Below are positions 52,462 through 62,990 of a DNA stretch of 64,000 bases, piece by piece (position 1 is the first letter of the stretch; the number at the start of each line of letters is the position of its first letter). This DNA comes from Trueperaceae bacterium (lineage in GTDB: Bacteria > Deinococcota > Deinococci > Deinococcales > Trueperaceae). The stretch covers positions 3,616,001-3,680,000 of the forward strand of contig OZ243956.1 in the NCBI GenBank assembly GCA_965214405.1. Direction: 5' to 3'. The translations under genes and the position numbers were made by a program. A model generated the notes under the pieces. The model was not told where the DNA came from and did no database searches. It saw only the letters and a program-made list of their open reading frames with translations.

Positions 52462-53346
52462 TTGAAGGATTTCGACGATTACGCCGACGAGCTAGAAAGT
52501 TTTAGCAAACGAAAAGACCGCCGCAAACCCAAAAGTAAACTTTCGGTTAAAGAATTAGCGGCCAATAAGAGCAAGACCTCGAGCGCCGCCAAGTTTGACG
52601 ACCCCGACTTACAACATCTTTACGAGCGGGGCCACCTGACCGAACTCGTGGGCGAACTCAAGAGCGGCAAGGAGGCGACGGTTTATCTGGCGCGGGGGCC
52701 GCAGGGCTTACTTGCCGCCAAGGTCTACAGCGATATGGCGGTGCGCTCGTTTAAGAACGACCAGGTGTACCGGCAGGGGCGCTACCTCTCGAGCAAGCGC
52801 ATCAAAAAGGCCATCGAACAGCGCTCGCGCACCGGCATGAAGGCGCAGCAGGCGCTCTGGATCATGCACGAGTACACGCAGCTTTGGGAGTTTTACAAGG
52901 CGGGCGTGAGCGTGCCCCGTCCCGTCGTGGGTCCGGGCGTCGAGGACATCGCGGGCGCGGGGCGCGTGGTGCTGATGAGCTTTGTTGGGGACGAGGCGGG
53001 CGCAGCGCCCAGACTTGCGGACGTAAAGCTCGAGCTTGAGACAGCCGAGAACGCGTTCGCTCAGAGTTTAGACATCATGGTGGACCTTCTCAAACTCGGT
53101 AAGGTCCACGGCGACTACTCGACCTACAACCTGCTCTGGTGGGAGGGTCGCGTGGTGGCGATTGACTTTCCGCAGGTGGTGGATATCGAGGAAAACCCTG
53201 AGGCCTGGGATTTGCTCTCTCGTGACGTGCGCTCGCTCTGCAAGTCGTTCAAGCCTTTTGGCGTCGAGGCGGAGCCGGGGTTGGTGGAGCTCGAGGTGAA
53301 AAAGCGCGCCAGGCGGAGCCCGGACCCGCTGCTACGCGCTTTGTGA
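52462..53346 (+). CDS. RIO1-family serine/threonine kinase/ATPase
   Basis: KSGKEATVY, AAKVY, VHGDYSTYNLL, IDFPQ; GAGGAG RBS before TTG 52462. Confidence 0.9.
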   Translation: MKDFDDYADELESFSKRKDRRKPKSKLSVKELAANKSKTSSAAKFDDPDLQHLYERGHLTELVGELKSGKEATVYLARGPQGLLAAKVYSDMAVRSFKNDQVYRQGRYLSSKRIKKAIEQRSRTGMKAQQALWIMHEYTQLWEFYKAGVSVPRPVVGPGVEDIAGAGRVVLMSFVGDEAGAAPRLADVKLELETAENAFAQSLDIMVDLLKLGKVHGDYSTYNLLWWEGRVVAIDFPQVVDIEENPEAWDLLSRDVRSLCKSFKPFGVEAEPGLVELEVKKRARRSPDPLLRAL

Positions 53347-53367
53347 GAGCGGAGGTACAACAGCAGG

Positions 53368-54738
53368 TTACAAAGCCGCAGACGAAACGGCCTCTTCGGA
53401 CGCATGACTCTCCGGCTTACTCAATACGGCGTCGTGGTCCGGAATCAGTGTTTCGACTCGCCGGATAGTGGGGAACAGGTAGCCCCCGAGCCCCACCAGC
53501 GTGCCCACCACACCGGAGATCACGAACATGAGTCCCATCCCCGCGCCCGGTCCCGTGCCGACGAGCGGACCCAGAAGATTGGCGAGCGCGCCCCCCGGCA
53601 TCATGGCGGGTTCAAACACCGCGTCGGCCAGAGGACCCGCTAAGAGCATGGCGACGGGCGCGCTCAGTTGCGCGATGAGGCGGCGCGCGGCGAAAACCTT
53701 GCCCTGCACGTCGGGCGCGACTTTGGCTTGCCAGATGGCCTGGTTTGAGCCGTTCAAGATGGGGATAAAAAAGGCGCTGAGAAAGGCCGCCACGAGCCAG
53801 AGCGGGAGGAATTGGCCGACGCCCATCAACGTTGCGCCGAGGAGGCTCGAGGCCGCCATCCCCACAAGCACCCCGTGAACACGTCTTTTCGGCCCGCCCC
53901 AGACGCTCAGCAGGACGCCCCCCGCCACGCCGCCGACACCCAGGGCCGACTGCACGCCCCCCAATATCAGCTCGTCGTTGCCGGTCCGCGCCAGAATCAT
54001 CGGCGCGAGCACGATAAAGCCAAAGGTGAAGATGAGGTTGATGGTGGTGAAAACGAGCTGCAAGCCGAGGAGGCTCGGGCGCTTGACGATGTAGCGAAAG
54101 CCGTAAAGCGACTCCTTGAAGAGGCTCCCCCGGCTCCCTTTGCCTTCTTCCGACGCCTCCGGCTGCGGGATGGCGACCCACAGCAGCGCGAGGAGCGCGA
54201 CGGTAAAGGTCACGATGTCGATGACCATGATGCCGCCGATGCCAATAACCGTGAGGAGCACCCCCGCGAGCACGGGCGCGGCGATGGCCGAAGCCGATTC
54301 AGCCAAGGACAACATCCCGCTCGCCCGCGCGTACTGCGCCTTGGGGAGCATCGTGGAAATCGCCGCTGAATAGGCCGGAAACTGGAACGCGCCAAAGGCC
54401 CCCGTCCACGCGCCTAAAACGTAGAGGTGCCAGACCTTGAGCCCCCCCGACAGGTAAAGCGCCAGCGTCACCACCGTCGCCGCGCCCGCGCCTAAATCCG
54501 AGAGCATCATGACCAGCTTGCGGTTCCACCTGTCCACGAGCGCGCCCGCCACGGGGCTTAACAGCACGGTGGGGCCGAAGGTGAAAAAGCCGACCAAGGC
54601 CAGCGCCGTCGCCTGCTCCGTCACCTGCCACGCCCAAATGGTCAGCGCAAAGCCCGTCATGGCGGTGCCCAAGAGTGAGACCACCTGACCTAGCCAAACA
54701 ACCGTAAAGCCGGTCATGCCGGTGGGGGAGCGCGTCAC
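53368..54738 (-). CDS. MFS transporter (DHA3/macrolide-efflux-like)
   Basis: WLGQVVSLLG, AGALVDRWNRK, QGKVFA; about 12 TM helices. Confidence 0.9.
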   Translation of the reverse strand: MTRSPTGMTGFTVVWLGQVVSLLGTAMTGFALTIWAWQVTEQATALALVGFFTFGPTVLLSPVAGALVDRWNRKLVMMLSDLGAGAATVVTLALYLSGGLKVWHLYVLGAWTGAFGAFQFPAYSAAISTMLPKAQYARASGMLSLAESASAIAAPVLAGVLLTVIGIGGIMVIDIVTFTVALLALLWVAIPQPEASEEGKGSRGSLFKESLYGFRYIVKRPSLLGLQLVFTTINLIFTFGFIVLAPMILARTGNDELILGGVQSALGVGGVAGGVLLSVWGGPKRRVHGVLVGMAASSLLGATLMGVGQFLPLWLVAAFLSAFFIPILNGSNQAIWQAKVAPDVQGKVFAARRLIAQLSAPVAMLLAGPLADAVFEPAMMPGGALANLLGPLVGTGPGAGMGLMFVISGVVGTLVGLGGYLFPTIRRVETLIPDHDAVLSKPESHASEEAVSSAAL

Positions 54739-54797
54739 GCCTCAATCTAAAGTACGTCTACTTGAAAAGGTAGGGGCGGGCTCGAGTAGACTCGCCT

Positions 54798-55427
54798 ATG
54801 ACTTCTCTCGTCGTCCGCAACCCCCAGGCCGTCGCTTTTCTCACCAACCCGGACTGCACGCGCCTTCTCAAGCCGTTCTTGTTTGGCGAGCGCACCATCA
54901 AAGAGGCGGCGGAGGCGCTTCATCTGGAACCGTCCGCGCTCTACTATCCCGTGAAAAGGATGTGCAACTTGGGACTTCTGGAGCCCACGCGCGAAATCCC
55001 GCGGCGCGGGCGCGCCTTAAAAGTCTACCGGGCGAGCGCGGAGAGATTTTTTGTACCCTTTGAGAATACGGGGGACGTGACGCTCGAGGGTTTTATCGCC
55101 ACCCTCGACGCGCAGTGGAACGCTGGCCTCATCAAGGGGTTGGCTGACGCGCACCGCCGCGCTGCGGGCCGCGCCGAGGGCTGGGGCCTGAGCATTTACC
55201 CCCATCCGTCGGGGCTCATGGTGCTCAATATCGTTCCCTCTCCCGATGTAGACTTCCAGCCGCTTCCCGGCGTCATCTCCTTGTGGGATACGGGCTACCA
55301 CCTGAGCGACGAAGACGTGAGCGCGTTGGACACTGAGATGAACATGTTGCTGGCGCGTTACCGTGAAAAACGCAGCGGGCCGCGCCGGGTGCTGAGGGTC
55401 GCGCTGGCACCCTGGAAAGACGGATAG
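54798..55427 (+). CDS. Winged-helix transcription regulator (ArsR/HTH-like), divergent from the MFS gene
   Basis: TIKEAAEAL..LYYPV..LGLL..RRGRALKVY. Confidence 0.75.
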   Translation: MTSLVVRNPQAVAFLTNPDCTRLLKPFLFGERTIKEAAEALHLEPSALYYPVKRMCNLGLLEPTREIPRRGRALKVYRASAERFFVPFENTGDVTLEGFIATLDAQWNAGLIKGLADAHRRAAGRAEGWGLSIYPHPSGLMVLNIVPSPDVDFQPLPGVISLWDTGYHLSDEDVSALDTEMNMLLARYREKRSGPRRVLRVALAPWKDG

Positions 55428-55531
55428 TCACCTTCTCACCACTTTCCGCGCATCACTTTCTTCTCACCACTCCGTACTTTATGTGACATCTTTTGGCGGC
55501 CTGTTGGACTAGATTAACAAGAGGAGGAAAC

Positions 55532-55867
55532 ATGGCTAACAGCGCGATTGAATTTACCGACCAAAACTTTTCGACCGAAACCAAAGAGGGCCTAGTTTTA
55601 GTGGACTTTTGGGCACCCTGGTGCGGCCCCTGCCGCATGGTCGGCCCCGTGATTGAAGAACTCGCCGGCGACTACGAGGGCAAAATCAAAGTAGGCAAGC
55701 TCAACGTGGACGACAACCAGCAAGTGGCGATGAACTACCGCGTCATGAGCATCCCCACCGTCATCTTGTTCAAAGACGGTGAGGCGGTCGAGACGATGAT
55801 CGGCGCGCAGCCCAAGGGCGCGTACGAAGCGCGCCTGAACAAGCACGTCGGGGCTGTGGCGAGCTAG
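55532..55867 (+). CDS. trxA: Thioredoxin
   Basis: DFWAPWCGPC, SIPT; GAGGAGG RBS. Confidence 0.95.
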   Translation: MANSAIEFTDQNFSTETKEGLVLVDFWAPWCGPCRMVGPVIEELAGDYEGKIKVGKLNVDDNQQVAMNYRVMSIPTVILFKDGEAVETMIGAQPKGAYEARLNKHVGAVAS

Positions 55868-55880
55868 ACCAGGCGGATAC

Positions 55881-55917
55881 AGAAAGAAGGGCGGCGCACC
55901 GTGCGCCGCCCTTTTCT
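55881..55917. terminator. Bidirectional intrinsic terminator
   Basis: AAGGGCGGCGCAC-C-GTGCGCCGCCCTT with A-rich and T-rich flanks, between convergent genes. Confidence 0.8.
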
Positions 55918-55937
55918 CACGCTTCTTGTGACGTTGT

Positions 55938-58277
55938 TTACCAGTCAATCCGGGTCAGCGAATGGTGATAAATCGCGCCGTCTCTCGTTTCGGTGTAGTG
56001 GGTGTTCACCCCGACGTGCTCGCCCAACACCCGGAGCGTCGCGGGCACGAGGTCGGTGAGGTGCAAGAGGTCGCTGAAGGTGGGGGGCTCGGTGGGTTCG
56101 ACCTCCTCGGCGGTCTCCGTGTCGGTCTCTGCGTCGGTCTCTGTGGTTGGGGCGTCGCCTGGCGTGCGCGTCACGCTCAGCGTGAAGGGTTCCGCCTCCT
56201 CGCTGTAGTTGAGGACCTCGAGCCAGTACGTCACGTCCGCTTCGGCGGTGAAGGTGAGCACCGCGTCGGAATATACGGCGTAACTCTCGTCGGTGTAGAC
56301 GCTCCTTTCTTCGTCGATAAGCGAAAGAATGGCGTCGGAGAGACCCTCAAGCGTCACCGCGACCTCGTCGCCCGGCTCCAACCCGCTGAGGCTATAGTAG
56401 CGCGTGCCGTACACTTCGTTTTCGAAGGTGTCCTCCGTCATGGCGGGAGACGTCGAGACGTCAAAAGGCGTGGCCTCTATGCCGGTCAGATCGGCGTCGT
56501 ATTCCAGATCGAGGGTGTCGATGTTGTCAAAGCTCGTGTCGGAGAGCGTGGCGAGCCCCGCCGACACCGCAAAGGCGGCGGGCTGGCTAAAGAGGTCGAA
56601 AAAGTCCGCGGCAGCCCCGAGCTGCCTGCCGACCTCCTCGTACCCGCGCCCCAACACGGACGTCGGGGTGGTCTGGGTGGCGTTTTGGTAGCTCTCGGCC
56701 TCGAGCAAACTCTCCGTGTCGCCCTCGGAAACGTCTATAAGCGCCTCTAATGCGCGCGCGGGCGTGCCGACGACGAGGTAATCGTCTAAGAAACCCACGC
56801 CGACGTCGCCGTTAAGAGAATAGCGGTAACGCGTATAGGTTTCGTCCTTGTAGGTCACGCGCTCGCTCGCAATCTGCGTGAAAAAGGATAGGGTCGGGTC
56901 GTCCTCGAGCGCCAGCGCCTCCTCGAAAAGCGGGGTCAGAACGCGGCGGAACTCCTCGAACCCGGCCTCGGCGGCCTCGCGGCTGGCGACCGGGATGACC
57001 GCGACTTGCTCCTGTCCATAAAGGAGCGTGCGGAGGTCCATGTTGACGGGCTCGAGCACCGCGCTGTAGCCCTCTGCGCCGAGCCAGTTGAACAAGGCCA
57101 CGTCGATGTCGAAATCGAACTCCTCGCGGAGCAGGTCGCGCAGGTTGATGGACACCTCCATCGACGGCGGCGCGGCGTCGAGCAGGCCCTGGAGGTAGTT
57201 AAATACGTCCTCGAGCGGCAAACGGTAAACATTCGCCGTGACGCTGCCCGCGGGGGCCAAAAAGGGACTCCCCACCGAACAATTCTCACACAGAAGGAGG
57301 CTGGCGAGCGCCGCGTCGCCCCCGGCGGGGTTGACCGCGGTCACGTTTTCGAACAGCATTCCCTCGGGCGTCGCGCTTAAGATCCCTGCGTAACCGCCGA
57401 GAGTGCGAAGGAAGGCCGTGCCGCGCTCCAGAAGATAATCGTCTTCCGGGGAGCTTGCCACCGTGCTGCCAAAGCCCTCGAGCACCTCCGCAAGCGCGGC
57501 GAAGTCGAGCGTGAGGCTGAGCTGACCCTCGCCCGCGTCCAACGCCGCCATCCTTTGGTAGAGCGCGCTGTCGGCGAAGCTCGGCTCGGACGACCCGTTG
57601 ATACGGCGAATCACCCCGCGCAGGGGCTCGGGGCCGGTGCCGAAAAAGTAGAGATCGTCAACCCGCCCGATCACCAGAGGCAAGTCGCTCCCGTCGCCCA
57701 TGATGTAGAGGGTGGCGCCGTCTTGCTCGAGCGGCTCCAGATCGCCGGAGGCTTCCATGCAAGACACGTACGCGTCGAACGACCTTTGCTGAACGTTGGT
57801 TTCATCCTCGACGCGCATGAGGGCGACCGCCGTCGGGACCGGGTTGAAGGAGCTCACGCCCACGGTGAGGAGCGCGTCGACGGGAACCGAATAGCCGTTG
57901 CGGGTCGCCTCCTGGACGGCTTCCGCGGCCTCGATGTAAGCGGGGCACGTGGCGAGGTCGGGCGTAAAAACTGCCGCCGCCGCCACGGGATCGCTGTAAC
58001 TCAACAAAATCGCGTTGTAAAGCCTGAACAAGTTCTGCGTGTCGGGGTCGCCCGCTCTTTCGCCCGCCACGCTCGTGAGCGTCTCGAGCGTTTCTCTCGC
58101 CCGCGCCCAATCGAGCGCGGCGACGTCGTCGCCCAGGGTGCCGAACATGTCGGGGCGGACCTGCATCCCCAGGCTCAAGACGGTGTCGGCGGGGGCCAGG
58201 TTTGCCAGGGGCTGAGCCCAGCTTAGGCTGGCAGTGGCAAAGAGGGTAAGGGCGGCGAGTAAGAAAAAACGTTTCAT
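55938..58277 (-). CDS. Large secreted acidic protein (DUF3352-like) with PPC-like beta-sandwich insertion
   Basis: AAAGGAG RBS, signal peptide, YLVVGT motif, late YSL..GDEVAVTL..DAILSL..LTFTA..YWLEV segment. Confidence 0.6.
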   Translation of the reverse strand: MKRFFLLAALTLFATASLSWAQPLANLAPADTVLSLGMQVRPDMFGTLGDDVAALDWARARETLETLTSVAGERAGDPDTQNLFRLYNAILLSYSDPVAAAAVFTPDLATCPAYIEAAEAVQEATRNGYSVPVDALLTVGVSSFNPVPTAVALMRVEDETNVQQRSFDAYVSCMEASGDLEPLEQDGATLYIMGDGSDLPLVIGRVDDLYFFGTGPEPLRGVIRRINGSSEPSFADSALYQRMAALDAGEGQLSLTLDFAALAEVLEGFGSTVASSPEDDYLLERGTAFLRTLGGYAGILSATPEGMLFENVTAVNPAGGDAALASLLLCENCSVGSPFLAPAGSVTANVYRLPLEDVFNYLQGLLDAAPPSMEVSINLRDLLREEFDFDIDVALFNWLGAEGYSAVLEPVNMDLRTLLYGQEQVAVIPVASREAAEAGFEEFRRVLTPLFEEALALEDDPTLSFFTQIASERVTYKDETYTRYRYSLNGDVGVGFLDDYLVVGTPARALEALIDVSEGDTESLLEAESYQNATQTTPTSVLGRGYEEVGRQLGAAADFFDLFSQPAAFAVSAGLATLSDTSFDNIDTLDLEYDADLTGIEATPFDVSTSPAMTEDTFENEVYGTRYYSLSGLEPGDEVAVTLEGLSDAILSLIDEERSVYTDESYAVYSDAVLTFTAEADVTYWLEVLNYSEEAEPFTLSVTRTPGDAPTTETDAETDTETAEEVEPTEPPTFSDLLHLTDLVPATLRVLGEHVGVNTHYTETRDGAIYHHSLTRIDW

Positions 58278-58475
58278 GCGTCTCCTTTCGGTACGTACAC
58301 GTAAGTGCGGCGCTTCGGGCGTCCCTGCGCCGAGCGTAAGAGCGGGGCGTGGACCGTCCTGCTAACGGTGTCTCAGGCCGGGATGTGCAGCGAATGTTTG
58401 GCAGGACACGTCAAGAGATACTATAACCGAACGCCCTGCCTGAACGCTTTTAATTGGAGGGTTTGGCTCAGGTTG

Positions 58476-58847
58476 TCAACTAGAAGCGTCCTGCCCCCCC
58501 ACTCTAACCGCGCTCACCCCCTCGGGTGTGACGAGCCACTCGAGGTCGGTGACGTTGCTCGAGACGAAGCGCAATGTGTACGCGTCCCCGCTGAAACCCT
58601 CCACCCGCCACTGCACCCCCTGCGGCGGCGTAAGGTCGACGAGCGCGTTCGTCGTGTACTGCCCCGTCTGCAAACGCGCGAGCTCCATCAGGTGCCACGC
58701 TTCCAAGGCGGCGCGGTTAATAGCGACGGCCTCGGGTGTGTCCAGGGTGATGGTCGAGCCGGTGGCGGGTGCGCCTTGGGTGGCCTGGGGGGCGCAGGCG
58801 CTTAGGAGGAGGCCCAGGAGGGCGGTGAGCAAAAGTAATTTGTTCAT
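58476..58847 (-). CDS. Hypothetical lipoprotein
   Basis: Lipobox LSAC; TATGAT-N5-ATG. Confidence 0.7.
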   Translation of the reverse strand: MNKLLLLTALLGLLLSACAPQATQGAPATGSTITLDTPEAVAINRAALEAWHLMELARLQTGQYTTNALVDLTPPQGVQWRVEGFSGDAYTLRFVSSNVTDLEWLVTPEGVSAVRVGGQDASS

Positions 58848-58933
58848 GCGTCATCATAGCGTGCGGCGGGCGTGGTTGCATGAAGGGTGTTGGGGTGGCT
58901 TATAGATGTGAACTTAGAACCGGAAAAACTGCA

Positions 58934-59335
58934 TCAACCTTCTGCCCAGCTCTCTAAACGCAATCCTTCAATCCGCCCAAAATGTTTCAGATTATTCGTA
59001 ACCAGTGTGAGGTCATGTTCTAGCGCGGTCGCCGCAATAAGCAAATCTGCGTCGGCCAATCGCGTGCCTTGCGCCTCGAGCACGGCTTTAAGTCTTCCAA
59101 ACCGCGTCATCTCAGCGTTACTTAAAGCGATGCTGAGGAGCGTTTTGCATAACCGGTCAACTTCGGCTTCCCGTTCGGCTCGCTTTTGAGACTTTGCCGC
59201 ACCGTAATAAAGCTCGCCGATGCACATGGCGCTCGTGCAAAGGTCGCTTATGGGAAGGCTAAGAAGTTTCTGTGTTACCTCGGGATGACCTCGCAAATAG
59301 AAGACAAGTGTGTCCGTGTCGAGCAGATAGACCAC
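58934..59335 (-). CDS. vapC: VapC/PIN-domain toxin
   Basis: YLLDTD, ELYYGA, DLLIAATAL, LVTNN..HF. Confidence 0.9.
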   Translation of the reverse strand: MVYLLDTDTLVFYLRGHPEVTQKLLSLPISDLCTSAMCIGELYYGAAKSQKRAEREAEVDRLCKTLLSIALSNAEMTRFGRLKAVLEAQGTRLADADLLIAATALEHDLTLVTNNLKHFGRIEGLRLESWAEG

Positions 59336-59560
59336 CTAGAGGTCTACCTCACGACCGAAGGTTCTTCTGGGGAGGAGGTCCTTATCTGAAAGAGGTTCAT
59401 CACGCCACGCCCCTGCTAAGCTCGCAAGCGGGTGAACATCATCCTTAGTTTCACCTTCCGGCAACCGCTTCGCCAAGAGAAATTCGGCAAAGTCTTCGAC
59501 CTCTTTTTGGAGGTCGGGGGGCAAAGCTGCAAATGTGCGCTCGAAACTTCTGCTAGCCAT
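59336..59560 (-). CDS. DUF2281-like antitoxin
   Basis: LPPDLQKEVEDFAEFL motif, LAGAW; immediately upstream of vapC; TATAAT-N6-ATG. Confidence 0.75.
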   Translation of the reverse strand: MASRSFERTFAALPPDLQKEVEDFAEFLLAKRLPEGETKDDVHPLASLAGAWRDEPLSDKDLLPRRTFGREVDL

Positions 59561-59605
59561 AGCACTATTATACTGTTTCGGCCTCAATTATCCCTTTTAG
59601 CCTTC

Positions 59606-60315
59606 TCACATCGACAAATACGCCGCCTGCACCTCCGGGTCGCCCAGCAACGCCTCGCCGCGGCCCTCCTTTTTTATCTCGCCGTTCTCGAGCACGTACG
59701 CCCGGTCCGCCAGCCGCAACGAGCCGCGCACGTTCTGCTCGACCAGCACCACCGTCACACCCTCCTGGTTGATTTGCTTGAGGGCGCGAAACACCGTTTT
59801 GGTGAGCGCGGGCGCGAGGCCCAGCGAGGGTTCATCAACGAGCAAGAGCTTGGGGAGGCTCATCAGCGCGCGGCCAATGGCGAGCATCTGCCGTTCGCCG
59901 CCCGAGAGGGTGCCCGCGAGCTGACTTTCCCTTTCAGCAAGGCGGGGAAAGAGGCTGTAGACGAAGCTTAAAGTCTCCCCAGCCCGCTTCTTAGCTTCGG
60001 GCAGATACGCCGCGCCGCTGTCCAGATTCTCCCGCACGCTCATGAGCGGGAAGAGCTGCCGCCCCTCGGGCACGTGCCCCACCCCCCGGCGCACGATGCG
60101 CGCGGCGCTGAGGCCTCTTAGAGGGTTCCCGAACGCCTCTACGCTGCCCCCCCACGCTGGGACGAAGCCCGACACGGTCTTTAACAGCGTCGTCTTGCCC
60201 GCGCCGTTCGCGCCGATGATGGCGATGAACTCGCCCTCGTCGGCGTGCAAGCTCACCTCCCAGAGCACGCCGATTTTGCCGTAGCCCGTGCTCAAGTTCT
60301 CGACAGAAAGCGCCC

Positions 60316-60319
<4 letters not shown>
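59606..60319 (-). CDS. livF: Branched-chain amino acid-type ABC ATPase (LivF-like)
   Basis: GANGAGKT, VPEGR, LSGGERQM, DEPSLGLAP, VEQN. Confidence 0.88.
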
Positions 60320-61055
<736 letters not shown>

Positions 61056-61059
<4 letters not shown>

Positions 61060-62084
61060 GGCGCGCTCCTCGTCTCGGGTTTAGTTTTTTGTTCCGGCGT
61101 CCGCCTGCCTAAACGCGACAGCAGCCCGACCAGGCCGCGGGGCATGAAGAGGATAGACAGCACCAAAACCACGCCGTAGCCGATGAGGTAGCCCTCGCTT
61201 AGAAAGCGCCTGAGCCCCTCCTCGAGCCCCGCCAAGACCCCCGCGCCGAGGATGGGGCCGAGCGTGGTGTAGAGCCCGCCGAAGATGGGCGTGACGAGGG
61301 CCAGCACGGTTACGCCGACGCCGAAGGTGGCGCTTGGGTTGACCGAGCCGATGCGGTGAGCCTCGAGCGCGCCCAGCAGCCCGACGAGAAAACTAGATAA
61401 GGCGAATGCCAAGAGCTTGAAACGCGCGGGTGTCACGCCCATCACCGCCGCGACCTCCTCGTTGGTGCGAATTGCCGTAAAGGCGGCGCGGAGGCGGGAA
61501 CGCTGGACGAAGATACTCACGAGAACGCAGAGCACCAGCAGGCCCGCGTAGACCCAGAAGTAACTCTCGTTGCGCAGATACGCTAGCTCCCACCGCTCCA
61601 TCTCACCGGCCACAAAAGTGGGCCGAAAGAGCGCCGTCACGTTGAGGCCCGCCGCGCCCCCTGCAATACGCGTGGGCAACTGTTGCACCACCGCCCGCAA
61701 CACCTCGGTAAAAGCGAGTGTGGCGATGGCGAAGTAAATGCCGCGCAGCCGCAGCGTGACCGAACCCAAAAGCAGCGCCAGGAGGGCGGCGACGAGCCCG
61801 CCCAGGGGAATCCCCACCCAAAGCGGCCAGGTCGCCACCTTGAGGAGCACCGCGACCGTATAGGCCCCCGCGCCGTAAAAGGCGGCGTGCGCCAGCGACA
61901 GTTGCCCGGTGCGCGCCAGAATGTCCCACGAGAGCGCGAGGATGGCGAGCGTGAGCGCGTTGATAAGGAGCGAGAGGTAGCTCACTGAGGCCTTGTCAAA
62001 CGCCGTTCTGAGGATGTTCGGGAGGAAAAAGAGCAGCGCCGCGAACAGCGCCAGCGCGAGGAGGTCGTAGCCCACCCGTCTCAC
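61056..62084 (-). CDS. livM: Branched-chain amino acid-type ABC permease (LivM-like)
   Basis: GQLSLAHAAFYGAGAY, LRLRGIYFAIATL, PRGLVG. Confidence 0.85.
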
Positions 62085-62947
62085 GCCAGCCTCCGGCTAC
62101 GCGCGATGAGGACCACAAAGATGATGGCGAAAAAGACCGCGTTGCGAAGCGTGTCGCCGTTGGGGACGAGCGTGGCGACGAGCGATTCGGAGAGCGCCAC
62201 AATCAATGACGCCCATAAAATCCCGCGGATGTTGCCGAGCCCCGCGAGCACCACGATGGCAAAGGCCTTGAGCGTAAACGCAAACCCGACCGTCGGCGTA
62301 GGCGACTGGATCACCGCGATCATCACCCCGCCCAAACCTGCCAGCGCCGCCGAGAGCGCAAAGGCGGTGAGGTAGATGCGGTCGGGCTCGAGCCCCACCA
62401 AGGCCGCCCCCATCCTATTCTGCGCCACCGCGCGCATCGCCCGGCCCACGGGCGTGGCGATGAGGACAAAGTAGAGCCCGCCGACCAGCACCAGCGACAC
62501 GAGAAAAGAAAAGAGCGGCACCGCTCCCACGCTCACGCCGCCCACCTGAAAGCCCAACGCGCGGTAGGGCACGTTGCTGATTGACACCGGGTCGCCGCCC
62601 CAGATAAGGAGCGCCAAGTTCTGCAAGATAATCCCGATGCCAAAAGTGAGGAGCATCTGGTTGAGTTCGGGCGCTTTAAGCACGTAGCGGATGCTCCCCT
62701 GGTAGATAACCGCGCCCAAAAGCGCGAGCGCGGGCGCGACGAAGAGGAGCGACAACACGGGGTCGAAGCCGAAACTCACAAAGAGCTGATAGGCCAAAAA
62801 CGCGCCCACCATAAAAAACTCGCCGTGCGCAAAGTTGACGATGCCGATGACGCCAATCGCCAGCGCCAGCCCGACCGACACGAGCGCGTACAAGCCCGAG
62901 GCGAGCACGCCCGAGACGATACCCTGGAGGAGAAGAGAGAAATCCAT
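62081..62947 (-). CDS. livH: Branched-chain amino acid-type ABC permease (LivH-like)
   Basis: NFAHGEF, GRAMRAVAQN, KAFAIVVLAGLG. Confidence 0.88.
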   Translation of the reverse strand: MDFSLLLQGIVSGVLASGLYALVSVGLALAIGVIGIVNFAHGEFFMVGAFLAYQLFVSFGFDPVLSLLFVAPALALLGAVIYQGSIRYVLKAPELNQMLLTFGIGIILQNLALLIWGGDPVSISNVPYRALGFQVGGVSVGAVPLFSFLVSLVLVGGLYFVLIATPVGRAMRAVAQNRMGAALVGLEPDRIYLTAFALSAALAGLGGVMIAVIQSPTPTVGFAFTLKAFAIVVLAGLGNIRGILWASLIVALSESLVATLVPNGDTLRNAVFFAIIFVVLIARSRRLA

Positions 62948-62990
62948 AGAAAGATAGGTGTGGGCGGGCGCGAACCCGCCCCGGAGGGGT

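Noticed and set aside
58340..58385. TPP riboswitch (CTGAGA)
   Set aside because: The other conserved TPP elements are missing and the downstream gene is unrelated to thiamine
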